Made by a program: the position numbers and the translations under genes
Notes under the pieces: generated by a model
The model's database searches: none
What the model saw: only the letters and a program-made list of their open reading frames with translations
Told to the model about the DNA's origin: nothing
Source: Candidatus Poribacteria bacterium
GTDB taxonomy: Bacteria; Poribacteria; WGA-4E; JAJDTR01
Assembly: GCA_965222225.1 (NCBI GenBank)
Contig: CBDCTK010000002.1
Coordinates: 640,001 to 704,000 of the forward strand
Direction: 5' to 3'
DNA: 64,000 nt
Part shown: piece after piece, positions 41,161 to 51,582 of the stretch
Numbering within the stretch: the stretch's first letter is position 1
How the letters are laid out: each line of letters opens with the position of its first letter

Positions 41161-41973
41161 ATGGACTTTCTATTTTTATTAACCCTTTTGATATATCTGG
41201 CGGCGAGCATACTGCACGTTCTGTTTCTCACCACGGGAATTAACAGAATCTCCCAAGCTGCCTTTTGGGCGACCACGACAGGATTTGCACTGCACACGAT
41301 GCTAATCGCTCTACGTTGGATTGGTCAGGAGCAGTTCCCTATGGCGCGCTGGCTTGACTCTATCTCCTTTCTGGCGTGGGCAATTATCCTTATCTATCTG
41401 GGTATCACCTATCTGGCACGCATGCGCGCACTGGGTGTTTTCGTTGTTCCAGTCGCATTCGCGTCTATCCTGATTGCGTATGCACTTCCGCAAGATGCAC
41501 CGGGCTTGCCGGCATATCTGCAGAATTACTGGCTGCTCGCCCATACCACGTTGATTTTTCTGTCCTATGCCGCGTTCATCGCTGCATTCGGTTTTGGCAT
41601 CATGTATCTGATTGAGGAGAAGAAGATTCGACAGAAAGCGCAGACGTTAATCTATGACCGCTTTCCTTCGCTCGGTTCATCGGACGAAATCGGGCACAGA
41701 TGTATGGTGGTGGGGGTCATATTACTGACAATGGGCATCATCATCGGCGCGATTTGGACGAAATACGCCCAGGAACTTACATGGAGATGGCTCGATTCGA
41801 AAATCCTATTCACGCTTGCCACATGGTCGATATATGTCATGCAAATAGGCATCCGTCAGGCTTTGGGTTGGCGCGGCCGTAAAGCCGCTTATTCGTCAAT
41901 TGTCGGTTTTGCTGCAATTTTGTGCACTTACGCCGGAGTCAATCTGTTTCTACCTAGTATACACGCTTTTTGA
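41161..41973 (+). CDS. Cytochrome c assembly protein family (CcsA/HemX-like) membrane protein
   Basis: About 8 TM segments, 'WLLAH', WWD-like 'GAIW...WRWLDSK', 'GWRGRK', 'HAF'; directly before hemA. Confidence 0.88.
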   Translation: MDFLFLLTLLIYLAASILHVLFLTTGINRISQAAFWATTTGFALHTMLIALRWIGQEQFPMARWLDSISFLAWAIILIYLGITYLARMRALGVFVVPVAFASILIAYALPQDAPGLPAYLQNYWLLAHTTLIFLSYAAFIAAFGFGIMYLIEEKKIRQKAQTLIYDRFPSLGSSDEIGHRCMVVGVILLTMGIIIGAIWTKYAQELTWRWLDSKILFTLATWSIYVMQIGIRQALGWRGRKAAYSSIVGFAAILCTYAGVNLFLPSIHAF

Positions 41974-41996
41974 GCAAATCTTGAACAATACGCCAA

Positions 41997-43292
41997 ATGA
42001 ACCATATTTACATTGTTGGCGCTAGTCATCATACGGCTCCGCTTGACTTCAGGGAAAAGCTTGCGTTCTCCGAGACCCAGATTTTGCAGGCATTCCCACC
42101 CTTGAGGGACCAATATCACTTCCAAGAGGCGGTGATTCTATCCACTTGCAATCGTGTCGAGATTTATGCGGCTACCCACACCACGGACGGATACGCCTCC
42201 CTTTCTAATTTTCTCTCCGCCTACCATCATATTGATTCACATACGCTCAAGAAGTTTATCTACACGCATCAAGATGCGAGCGCAGTTCGGCATTTATTCG
42301 ATGTTTCTACAAGTCTTGACTCAATGGTCGTTGGCGAACCCCAAATCCTCGGTCAGGTAAAGGAGGCATATGACTCAGCATTAGCTGCCGGAGCCAGTGG
42401 ACAAACTTTGAATCGCCTTTTTGCGAAAGCGATAAGCGTCGGCAAGCGTGTGCGCACTGAAACCAACATTGCTTCCGGGGCGGTTTCCATCGGTTACGCG
42501 GCGGTTGAGCTCGCGAAGAGAATCTTCCAATCTCTCGAGAATAAAACGGTTGCTATTGTCGGGGCTGGAGAAATGAGCGAGTTGACAGCTCAACACCTCG
42601 TGGAAAACGGGGCGTCCCAAGTGATTGTTGCGAATAGGACGTATGAGCGTGCCGTGAAAATCGCCGAAAATTTTGATGGTATTCCACTTGCTTACGATGC
42701 GAATTTGAATTTCCTCGTTGACGCCGACATTGTAATTAGTTCGACCGATGCGCCGCAATATCTCATCCAGCGTAAACCGCTTGCGGAAGTAATGAAAAAA
42801 CGGAAGCATCGCCACATGTTTCTAATTGATATCGCAGTACCGCGGGATATTGATCCCGAAGTCAGCAAGATAGAGAATGCCTTCCTGTATAACATTGACG
42901 ACCTTGACGCAGTCGTAGCGTCCAACATGAAGGATCGACAACGGGAGGCGGAGATTGCCGGACGTATAGTGGAGGAGGAAGCCAATGGATTTTACTCACA
43001 ATTGCAACTCCTCAAAGTTACACCGACCATCAAGGCACTAAACCAGCAGTTTCAGGGGGTTGTCGAAAGAGAACTGCAAGCTTGTTTCAAGAAGGCGGAG
43101 TTGTCACCAGAGCAACGGGCGCTTGTGCAATCTATGACCCAAGCAATTGTGAAGAAGTTGCTGCATCAACCGACCAAGAGTCTGCGTCAGAAGACCAACG
43201 ATGTTGATGGCGAGCACGTGCAGTATGTCCGGGCTTTGCAAGAGCTATTTGCATTGGAAGACATGGAAAATAGGACGAAGACGGAAGATTAA
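41997..43292 (+). CDS. hemA: Glutamyl-tRNA reductase
   Basis: 'LSTCNRVE', 'LDSMVVGEPQILGQVK', 'GAGEM', 'DIAVPRD'. Confidence 0.98.
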   Translation: MNHIYIVGASHHTAPLDFREKLAFSETQILQAFPPLRDQYHFQEAVILSTCNRVEIYAATHTTDGYASLSNFLSAYHHIDSHTLKKFIYTHQDASAVRHLFDVSTSLDSMVVGEPQILGQVKEAYDSALAAGASGQTLNRLFAKAISVGKRVRTETNIASGAVSIGYAAVELAKRIFQSLENKTVAIVGAGEMSELTAQHLVENGASQVIVANRTYERAVKIAENFDGIPLAYDANLNFLVDADIVISSTDAPQYLIQRKPLAEVMKKRKHRHMFLIDIAVPRDIDPEVSKIENAFLYNIDDLDAVVASNMKDRQREAEIAGRIVEEEANGFYSQLQLLKVTPTIKALNQQFQGVVERELQACFKKAELSPEQRALVQSMTQAIVKKLLHQPTKSLRQKTNDVDGEHVQYVRALQELFALEDMENRTKTED

Positions 43293-43393
43293 GACAATAT
43301 GAAACGGACCGACGTGATTCCGCTGATTTTCGAAATCGCAAAATCAGAAATAGAAATGAAGTTTCACTCTGATGTCATATTTCCTACGAACGC

Positions 43394-44317
43394 ATGATGC
43401 AAACCATCACCATTGGGACGCGCGGAAGCCAACTTGCACTTTGGCAGGCGGAGTATGTCAAAAAGTGCTTGAACTCACACTTTCCCAACCTAGAAATTTC
43501 ACTTCAAATCATCAAAACCACGGGGGACAGGATCCAAAACCGTCCACTGGTTGGACTTGGTAAGGGGGTTTTCACGAGAGAAATTGAATTCGCACTGCTG
43601 GACGGGACAATAGATCTCGCTGTCCACAGTATGAAGGATCTGCCAACCAAACTCCCGGACGGCTTGTACATCGGTGCGATTCCGAGTCGTGAAGACCCAC
43701 GTGACGTGCTTGTCTCTGCATTAGGGTTGTCTCTTGAGGAATTGCCGGAGAAGGCGAAGATTGGAACGACCAGCCCGCGACGTCGTGCCCAGCTCATCTT
43801 TTTACGCCCCGATTTGACCGTTGTGGGAATCCGTGGAAATCTCGACACACGGCTTCGTAAACTTCGGGAGACGGATATTGACGGACTAATTCTCGCTGCC
43901 GCCGGGATAAAGAGGCTAATAGGCGAGGAGGCTATCACCGAATATTTTGAAGTCGACAAGATGGTTCCTGCGCCCGGACAGGGGGCGTTGGGGATTGAAA
44001 TCCGCGAAGATGATGACGGAATGCGCGAATTTTTAAACGCAATCAACAACGTTGACGCCGAACTTGCGGTAGCGACGGAGAGAGCCGTACTCGATAGATT
44101 GGGAAGTGGGTGCCAAGTTCCCATCGGTGTGCATGCGTCAATCAAGGATTGTGAGTTGGGCATTATTGGAATGGTTGCAGATTGCAATGGGAAACAGCGG
44201 GTTGTTGCAGAAGAGGTCGGATCTCCCAAACAAGCTTTTCGCATGGCCGAGAGTTTGGCAACAAGTCTACTGTCACAAGGAGCTCGCGAACTCCTGAGCG
44301 AAGACGATGATGAATGA
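43394..44317 (+). CDS. hemC: Hydroxymethylbilane synthase
   Basis: 'GTRGSQLALWQ', 'AVHSMKD', 'RGNLDTRL', 'GCQVPIG'. Confidence 0.98.
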   Translation: MMQTITIGTRGSQLALWQAEYVKKCLNSHFPNLEISLQIIKTTGDRIQNRPLVGLGKGVFTREIEFALLDGTIDLAVHSMKDLPTKLPDGLYIGAIPSREDPRDVLVSALGLSLEELPEKAKIGTTSPRRRAQLIFLRPDLTVVGIRGNLDTRLRKLRETDIDGLILAAAGIKRLIGEEAITEYFEVDKMVPAPGQGALGIEIREDDDGMREFLNAINNVDAELAVATERAVLDRLGSGCQVPIGVHASIKDCELGIIGMVADCNGKQRVVAEEVGSPKQAFRMAESLATSLLSQGARELLSEDDDE

Positions 44318-45842
44318 AAAGAGGGCCGGGAAGGTCTACCTTGTCGGCGGGGGACCCGGGGATCCCAAGTTAATAACGCTCAAAGGGGTCGAGTGCCTGA
44401 AGCGCGCCGATGTCGTCATCTATGACTCGCTCATCAATGATGCTCTGTTGGAGCACTGTCCTCCGCACAGTGAAAGAATTTATGGAGGAAAACGCCCGGG
44501 AGAACAGCGGAAACGTCAAGATGAGATTAACCATCTCATGCTCCAAAAAGCCGAGGAGGGCAAAACAGTTGTTCGGCTAAAAGGCGGCGACCCGTTCATT
44601 TTTGGGCGCGGCGGCGAGGAGGTGCTCGTACTCGCCGAGGCAGGGATTGACTTTGAGATTGTGCCCGGCATTACCTCGGCAATCGCCGCACCGGCATATG
44701 CGGGAATCCCGCTTACCCATCGGGATTATGCTTCGTCTGTCGCATTTGTTACCGGACATTCGGCATCATTCGCACCTGATTCACCGATTGGATGGGAGCG
44801 ACTTGCAACGGCTGTGGATACACTCGTGGTATACATGGGCATCGGGCATCTTCGACAAATCGCTGCGCAGTTGACGAAGTATGGACGCTCCCCCGAAACT
44901 CCCGTTACGCTCGTCCATTGGGGGACGACCCCGCAACAGAAAACGCTCGAAGGGACGCTCGCCGACATACCCGAAAAGGCGGAGGCTGCCAACTTTCGAA
45001 ATCCGGCAGTTGTGGTCGTCGGCGCGGTGAATCGGCTGCGCGAACAGTTGCGCTGGTATGATTCGAAACCGCTCTTTGGGAAGTGCATCGTTGTCACTCG
45101 AGCACGTGCTCAAGCTAGCGATTTTGCGGAACTTCTCGAATCTTACGGCGCCGATACCGTTCAGTTTCCCACCATCGAAATCCGGCCGATTTTGGATAAT
45201 CCTGTTCTAGACAAGGCTATTGCACGCCTGGGCGATTACGATTGGGCAATCTTTACTAGCGTCAATGCTGTCGAGATATTTTACTCCCGATTGCGAACAT
45301 GTGGTACGGACGTCCGCTCTTTCGGACGGGGCCGAATTTGTGCGGTGGGGCCCAAGACCGTTGACGCGTTGGATAAGATTGGTATTTGCGCTGATTTTGT
45401 CCCAACCCAATCGCGAGGGTTAGCAATCGCGGATGAGATGGAGAACTTGGAAGGAAAACACGTTCTGCTGCCATGTGCCAAAATTGCACCCAACGATCTC
45501 CCCAACGATTTACGCGAAAAGGGGGCAGTTGTCCACACCATTCCGATTTACGATACTGTCAAGTCTGAAGGAAAGGGACGTGAGGCGCTTGAGAAGGGAA
45601 TCATTAGCGGTGAGATTGCCATGGTTACGTTCACAAGCTCATCAACAGTTACAAACTTCGTCGGGATGTTTGATTCAGGTCCCACGGATGTTTTGTTAAG
45701 CAAGGTGACAATCGCGGTCATTGGACCTTCAACTGCCGAGACTGTGAAACAGTATGGGTTGGCGGTTGATGTGATGCCAAGCGAGGCGTCAATAGAAGCG
45801 CTTGCCCAAGAGATTGTCCGATTTTATGACAAAAGTTCGTAG
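44307..45842 (+). CDS. cobA: Fused uroporphyrinogen-III C-methyltransferase / uroporphyrinogen-III synthase (CobA-HemD)
   Basis: 'GPGDP.LIT', 'RLKGGDPFIFGRGGEE', then HemD 'VVTRA', 'FTSVNAV', 'FTSSSTV'. Confidence 0.95.
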   Translation: MMNEKRAGKVYLVGGGPGDPKLITLKGVECLKRADVVIYDSLINDALLEHCPPHSERIYGGKRPGEQRKRQDEINHLMLQKAEEGKTVVRLKGGDPFIFGRGGEEVLVLAEAGIDFEIVPGITSAIAAPAYAGIPLTHRDYASSVAFVTGHSASFAPDSPIGWERLATAVDTLVVYMGIGHLRQIAAQLTKYGRSPETPVTLVHWGTTPQQKTLEGTLADIPEKAEAANFRNPAVVVVGAVNRLREQLRWYDSKPLFGKCIVVTRARAQASDFAELLESYGADTVQFPTIEIRPILDNPVLDKAIARLGDYDWAIFTSVNAVEIFYSRLRTCGTDVRSFGRGRICAVGPKTVDALDKIGICADFVPTQSRGLAIADEMENLEGKHVLLPCAKIAPNDLPNDLREKGAVVHTIPIYDTVKSEGKGREALEKGIISGEIAMVTFTSSSTVTNFVGMFDSGPTDVLLSKVTIAVIGPSTAETVKQYGLAVDVMPSEASIEALAQEIVRFYDKSS

Positions 45843-45866
45843 AGCCCGATCCGCTTGGCACGAATG

Positions 45867-48368
45867 TCAGTTGAAGTTTGCGTGATGGGTAATCCAACAA
45901 CGACGCCCGTCTGTTATTAGTTGTATGGCGCCGAGTTCATCAGTCCTTAACACTTTACATCCAAAATTTCGGTAGCGCCTAAGAATCTGTCTGGGCGGGA
46001 ACTTGTAGGGATTGCGCGCACTGAGTGAGAAAATGCCAAATTTTGGACGGACCAAGGACAAAAATTCGGGACTGCTAGAGGTCTTGCTCCCGTGATGCGG
46101 CACCTTGAGAATTTCTGCCCCCAAATCCGCGCCTGATTCAACCAACCTCTTCTCCGCACGTCGCTCAATGTCACCAGTGAACAGAATATCCACCTCGCCG
46201 TAAGAAAGTTTAAGAACGAGGGAATCGTCGTTTATGTCACGGTCCCTTAGAGTTGTCGACCCCTCATCAAACGGGTGTAACAATTCGAGTGTCGCAGTTG
46301 AGGTAAGTTCAATTTCTCCCGCATAGCCAAGTTCATGCGGAATTCCTTTCTCGTCAATGAGTTGATGCAGCACCCTGTGGGTTACCGGCGGCAGATCTAA
46401 GTGCGGTACCCCAAGCACGCGCTTCACGCCATATTCGTGCAATATGTAGTAAAGTCCTCCGCCGTGATCGTTGTCGGGATGACTCAGGAGCAAGAGATCT
46501 AATTTGCCAATCCCCTTGTAGCTCAAAAATGGCGAGAGGATTCGTTCGCCGGTGTCGAAACCGAGAAACTTCAATTCTTTGTCATCTTTGGGTTCGATTT
46601 CGTAGTTCCCTTGGTAAGCGAATTGTAGATTACGTCCTCCATCAATTAGCATGGTTTTCCCATCGGGAAATCTGACGAATGCCGCGTCGCCCTGCCTGAC
46701 ATCAAGGAATGTAACCTCTAACAGGCGTCCGTCTTCCCGCCAGGCGGCATTCCACACCCATATCGCCACGACCGCCATCCCAATTAACACAGCCTTTTTT
46801 CGCTCTAGCCACACCCACCGCCAGTAAACAATTGCCATACAGCCGGCGAAGAAGACAATAACCCATCCGAAAGTAGGCGGCGCGGTTTTGACGACACTCC
46901 ATTGTTGGCTCCCGAAAAACTCTATGATATTGAGGAGTACGAGAATGATGAGGTGGTTGGCGTAAACAAGCGGTATTGCGAGTGGAAGCCAGACTGCGCC
47001 GAGAATCACAGAGATGAGCGCCAGGCTGACGATAGGAGTTGCGAGTCCCACAACAAACGGCCCCGCAATTAACCCCAAAGGATAGAGTCGATAAAAGGCC
47101 CCTGCAATGAAAAGGATGGTACCAAGCTGTGCGGCTAGTGTAACCCCGAATCCCAGAAGCAACCACCGGATTCCCTTCCCTACGGCGTAACGGAAGCGGG
47201 AGACATTTTCCCGTTCCCTGGGTTGGTCAATCCAATTCGGCAGAATATCTCTGATGAAGCTTTCCCATTTGGGCATGAAGTAAAGGATTGATGCCACTGC
47301 GGCAAATGAGAGTTGGGAACCGATATCCCACAGTTGCGCCGGGTTAATCAGCAATAAAATGAGTGCGGCGACTGCAAGGAGGTTAAACCGGTCGACATCT
47401 CGGTCGATGATTGAACCGAACAGAAAAAGAATCACCATGGTTGAAGCCCGAAATACCGATGGACGGAATCCGACGATACTGGCGTAGAGAATAACAGCGA
47501 GGAGGGTCAGGGCACAGGTTGTTTTTGCAGGGAGGCGCGAGAAGCAGAGAAAGAATACGCCGGCAATCAGCCCGACGTGCAACCCTGATACGGCCAGGAT
47601 GTGCAGTGATCCACTGTTGCGGAAAGCGGCGATGGTAGACTCCTCGATTCCGCCTCGTTTCCCAAGCAGCATCCCCTTGAGGATTTCGACGTGTTCCGGG
47701 TGTTTTTTATATGCGGAGTCAATTACCTCTTCTACCCGCCTCCGCAGGCTTTCCGTCCAGCACAAGGGCAGGAAACCGGATTGACCACTTGCAGCAATCT
47801 CAAGTTTCCGCTCCGGATATAGGATGCCAAAAACTTTGCGCCGTGCAAGGTAGGAGCGATAGTCGAATCCGCCCGGATTCCGCTCACCGTTGGGACGACG
47901 AAGAGCGCCTCTAAGTTCTAAGTGGTCCCCGTAATGCAGAGGCACCGGTTCGCGAAAATAGACCAGGAGATTTGCACTCACAACATGGCCGGGAGATTCC
48001 AACAGGCGGATCTCCCCCTCAACGAAGCAGGCGTCCCATGATTCACCTCGTTCTGGCTGATACAGCGTCTTCCCCGAGAAACTGACGCCCTGATTATAGA
48101 AATCATGGGGGATTGGAGAAGTTAGCCGAATCTCTGAATACAGTGCACCACAGGCAAAAATTGCTAACTGCAGCAGGATATATCGGTAGGTGATAGGTGG
48201 AAGCGGCCGGATTGAGAAATTATGTTTCGTTACGTTTCTCAGAGCGAGGCTGCCGACAAGGCAGGAGAGAGCAGTAAGCCAAATCCAAAAAATGGGGGTG
48301 GAGGAAAACCCGCCAACTAGAATACCGAGCGAATAAGGTATAAGAGCGTGGAGGGCTGGACGAGACAT
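45867..48368 (-). CDS. comEC: Competence protein ComEC/Rec2
   Basis: 'NPGGFDY', 'HILAVSGLHVG', 'SHPDNDH', 'KVPHHGS'. Confidence 0.95.
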   Translation of the reverse strand: MSRPALHALIPYSLGILVGGFSSTPIFWIWLTALSCLVGSLALRNVTKHNFSIRPLPPITYRYILLQLAIFACGALYSEIRLTSPIPHDFYNQGVSFSGKTLYQPERGESWDACFVEGEIRLLESPGHVVSANLLVYFREPVPLHYGDHLELRGALRRPNGERNPGGFDYRSYLARRKVFGILYPERKLEIAASGQSGFLPLCWTESLRRRVEEVIDSAYKKHPEHVEILKGMLLGKRGGIEESTIAAFRNSGSLHILAVSGLHVGLIAGVFFLCFSRLPAKTTCALTLLAVILYASIVGFRPSVFRASTMVILFLFGSIIDRDVDRFNLLAVAALILLLINPAQLWDIGSQLSFAAVASILYFMPKWESFIRDILPNWIDQPRERENVSRFRYAVGKGIRWLLLGFGVTLAAQLGTILFIAGAFYRLYPLGLIAGPFVVGLATPIVSLALISVILGAVWLPLAIPLVYANHLIILVLLNIIEFFGSQQWSVVKTAPPTFGWVIVFFAGCMAIVYWRWVWLERKKAVLIGMAVVAIWVWNAAWREDGRLLEVTFLDVRQGDAAFVRFPDGKTMLIDGGRNLQFAYQGNYEIEPKDDKELKFLGFDTGERILSPFLSYKGIGKLDLLLLSHPDNDHGGGLYYILHEYGVKRVLGVPHLDLPPVTHRVLHQLIDEKGIPHELGYAGEIELTSTATLELLHPFDEGSTTLRDRDINDDSLVLKLSYGEVDILFTGDIERRAEKRLVESGADLGAEILKVPHHGSKTSSSPEFLSLVRPKFGIFSLSARNPYKFPPRQILRRYRNFGCKVLRTDELGAIQLITDGRRCWITHHANFN

Positions 48369-48393
48369 AGGAGTGGATTAGGTGTGCATTGGT

Positions 48394-49545
48394 TCAACTC
48401 AAGATTTCACTAACTGTGTCAACGACGGTGTGAATGTCCTCTACCGTTAAGTCAAGATGAAGTGGCAAGCTCACAACGCGCTCAAAGGCTGCTTCGGCGC
48501 GAGGAAACTCGCCTTCACGGTAACCGTATCGTTTCTGGTAATACGGAAAGAGATGGAGAGGGATATAGTGGACGCTGCATTCGATATTGGCACTGCGCAT
48601 GGCTTCAACGAATTCATCACGAGTGATTTTGAGCAGATCCGTCCGAAGCTGGATGATATACAGATGCCACGAGTGGCAATGGATAGTTTCTCCCGGAGGC
48701 GTTACGATTCCCGGAATGGTCGCCAGCCTTTCCTGATAAATCTGAACATACTTTCGACGAATTTCAATCTGCTTGTTCAATTTCATCAGTTGACACAACC
48801 CCATTGCCGCTTGGATGTCGGTCATGTTGTACTTGTATCCTTGAGAATCGACCTGATAGTACCAGACGCTCCGATTGGACTGGCGTGCCCACGCATCTTT
48901 GTTTAGTCCGTGCAGACGCATCGGTTTAATCGTCTCGGCGTAATCGTCGCTGTTGGTCGTAATCATGCCGCCCTCAGCGGTTGTCAGGGTTTTGTTCGCA
49001 TAGAAACTGAAAACCGATAAATCACCGAGCGATCCGATCCGATGCCCCTTGTAGTCCGTCGGAATCGCATGTGCGGCATCGTCAATGAGAACGAGATTTC
49101 GAGTTTTGCAGATTTCGAGGAGGGCGTCCATGTCACAGGGGATGCCCGCAATATGCACCGGGAGGATTGCTTTCGTACGCGGCGTGAGTTTCTCGGAGAT
49201 TTTGTCCACGTCAATGTTGAGCGTCGTCGGATCGATGTCAACAAAAACCGGCTTTGCACCGGTATAACCGATGGCTTCCGAGGTCGCCGTGAACGTATAC
49301 GGGGTGGTAATCACTTCGTCGCCTTCACCAATGCCGGCAGCAACCAGCGAGAGATGCAATGCGGCTGTACAGGAACTTACGGCTAGAGCATGTTTTACAC
49401 CGATGTATTCGGCGAATCGCCGCTCGAACTCCGCCGCTTTTGGGCCTGTACTAATCCACTTGGAAGCCAACACTTCACTAACTGCTTCTATCTCGTCATC
49501 GCCAATCCACGGACGCGCAAACGGTATGAAGTGATTCTGTGCCAT
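48394..49545 (-). CDS. DegT/DnrJ/EryC1/StrS family aminotransferase
   Basis: 'SSCTAALH', 'DDAAHA', 'FSFYANKTLTTAEGG', 'GYKYNMTDIQAA'. Confidence 0.95.
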   Translation of the reverse strand: MAQNHFIPFARPWIGDDEIEAVSEVLASKWISTGPKAAEFERRFAEYIGVKHALAVSSCTAALHLSLVAAGIGEGDEVITTPYTFTATSEAIGYTGAKPVFVDIDPTTLNIDVDKISEKLTPRTKAILPVHIAGIPCDMDALLEICKTRNLVLIDDAAHAIPTDYKGHRIGSLGDLSVFSFYANKTLTTAEGGMITTNSDDYAETIKPMRLHGLNKDAWARQSNRSVWYYQVDSQGYKYNMTDIQAAMGLCQLMKLNKQIEIRRKYVQIYQERLATIPGIVTPPGETIHCHSWHLYIIQLRTDLLKITRDEFVEAMRSANIECSVHYIPLHLFPYYQKRYGYREGEFPRAEAAFERVVSLPLHLDLTVEDIHTVVDTVSEILS

Positions 49546-49997
49546 GTATCTGTCCTTTGTTGATGAAAACAGGGCTTACGCACGTTGTCCCGATCATAGC
49601 ACACGATATGGGTGTAAAGTAATACGTAAGTAAGTCGTTTACGCACCACCATCAAACGACCGAATAGCGAGTGTGATGGAGATTCCATTATGCATTACGC
49701 ATAATAAATCGCCGCTATGAGGTACTGAGGCGTTCAACTGTGTAAATCTAAAAAACTAGAAACTACATGCCCAAACCCCTTTAATACTGCTTTAAGCAAG
49801 TTTCGGCACGAGAGTTTATCTCCCGTATGGACTAAGGAGGAATAGCAACTGCGTCCGTTCTATACATCTTGAAGATTATATCTTCGATTTGGCGGTCCAG
49901 CAGGGGCAATCCGGGCTTTTCTCGACATCACTTAGATATCTGAAGTTTATTTTTGGAACTTGCCTAAATATGTGAAAAACGCTCACATTTTCGTCAA

Positions 49998-50465
49998 TTA
50001 CTTAGTTGTGCTCTCTTTCAACCTTTGAACCATTGCTGCGAGGGCGAGATCATAACTGAAGGCGCCGAATCCACTGATTACACCGATGGCGACAGGGGAC
50101 ACGTAAGAGTGGTGCCGGAAAGTGTCGCGCGCATAGATATTGGACAAATGAATCTCAATCACGGGGAGATTGACCGCGGATAAGGCGTCCTGAATCGCAA
50201 TGCTGGTGTGTGTGTAGGCGCCGGGGTTGATTAAAATTCCATCCGCCCAATTTATGTTATCTCCTATTTCGGAGACAATCGCGCCTTCGTAGTTGGACTG
50301 GAAGGTTTTAAGTTCAACGCCTTTTCCCAAAGCGATTTCGCGCAGGTGGGAATTGATATCCTCCAGTGTCCGACGACCGTAAATCTCGGGCTGTCGCTTC
50401 CCCAAGAGTTGAAGATTAGGTCCGTGGATGAGGAGAATTTTGATGAGGGTTTCGGGTTTTGTCAT
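49998..50465 (-). CDS. aroQ: Type II 3-dehydroquinate dehydratase
   Basis: 'HGPNL..LG.R.P..YG', 'FQSNYEG', 'INPGAYTHTS', 'EIHLSN'. Confidence 0.97.
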   Translation of the reverse strand: MTKPETLIKILLIHGPNLQLLGKRQPEIYGRRTLEDINSHLREIALGKGVELKTFQSNYEGAIVSEIGDNINWADGILINPGAYTHTSIAIQDALSAVNLPVIEIHLSNIYARDTFRHHSYVSPVAIGVISGFGAFSYDLALAAMVQRLKESTTK

Positions 50466-50574
50466 CTAGGCAATTTTCGTGTCATACGCCCACAGTATAC
50501 ACCGGCTGTAAAGGTTTGTAAAGAGTCTTTCGAGTTGCGAGGTCGCGGTGTTATCATCGTGGTTACGGCTGGCA

Positions 50575-51333
50575 TCATTGCTTCGTTTCTTCTGGCGTGT
50601 TTTGTTCGTAGTATTCGCGCGTTTTATCGTTGAGCACCCCGTAGAAAGTCCGGACTGGGGCGTCCGAATGATCCCGCCAAAAACTCGCGGGTATCAGAGA
50701 ATCGTTGCTCAGGAATTCCCGATGCGGGTGTCCGTAGTAGGTTTGCACCGATTTTCTTTCCGCCTGCGTCTTACGCACGGTTGCCGTATGCAGCACGGAG
50801 ATATTGAATAGGATTGCTGTGCCTGCTTCGCCGTATAGGTCGTGGATGCCGCCCCGCTCAAGCTGGACTGCGGTTTCCAGGATTTCCTGATTCATCGATT
50901 CTGGCGAGATTGAAAAACAGTGTGTCGTTTCGTCGACGTCTGTCAGATACACAACCGCTTGGACGTAAGCGATTCTTAAGCGATGCTCCCCCCAGTGAGG
51001 TCGATCTCGGTGCCAGGATCGTTGTAGTTCGGGCGACTCGTAGGCTGCCATGTGCCGAATGCATATCTCCGAGAAGCAAATCTCTTCACCCATCAGAGTG
51101 TGCAACGGCTTGATTATCTTTGGGTGGCGGATGATACCATCAAGCTCCGGGGAGCTAACGAGGGCATCGCAGTTTATCATTTGGTGATTGCCCGCCGGAT
51201 ACCAGCAGTCTCGTTCTTCTGCCAAATCACGGTCAAAGATTGCCGTGTAATGCGCTATCTCCTCAGTCGTCAAGATTTTGCCGAGCGGCAGGTAGCCGTG
51301 CTCTTGAAAGAATCTGTAATCTTCTTGTTTCAT
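50575..51333 (-). CDS. Phytanoyl-CoA dioxygenase (PhyH) family protein
   Basis: 'FFQEHGYL', 'WHRD', 'VYLTD', 'AGTAILF..SVLH'. Confidence 0.88.
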   Translation of the reverse strand: MKQEDYRFFQEHGYLPLGKILTTEEIAHYTAIFDRDLAEERDCWYPAGNHQMINCDALVSSPELDGIIRHPKIIKPLHTLMGEEICFSEICIRHMAAYESPELQRSWHRDRPHWGEHRLRIAYVQAVVYLTDVDETTHCFSISPESMNQEILETAVQLERGGIHDLYGEAGTAILFNISVLHTATVRKTQAERKSVQTYYGHPHREFLSNDSLIPASFWRDHSDAPVRTFYGVLNDKTREYYEQNTPEETKQ

Positions 51334-51357
51334 ACTATCTAACCTTGAAAAATTCTA

Positions 51358-51570
51358 AGACCTGTATGAATAATAGGAGTGAAGGGAATTCGCGGTCATT
51401 TGAGTTCCTATACACCTGTGGGAGTTCTATCGTGCTCCTTATTCACTCGTTTAATCCTCACTGGGGCTTGTGATTTTCGTGCAAAGAGAAGAAGGCAAAT
51501 CGGGGATTTAACGGTCGAAAACCGGTTTCAAGGTAAAATAGTGTTACTTAAAATGGATTTTCAAACAAGC
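51358..51570. mobile_element. MITE-like element, copy 1 (degenerate)
   Basis: Ends AGACCTGTATGAATA...TTTTCAAACAAGC; internal blocks shared with 52271-52546 ('acctgtggga', 'ctggggctt', 'cggtttcaagg'). Confidence 0.6.
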
Positions 51571-51582
51571 GCGAAAGTGAGT

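Noticed and set aside
49970-49988. Rex or CRP-like site ATGTGA-N7-TCACAT
   Set aside because: The spacing is one base longer than consensus and the site lies at the 3' end of aroQ, far from rex.
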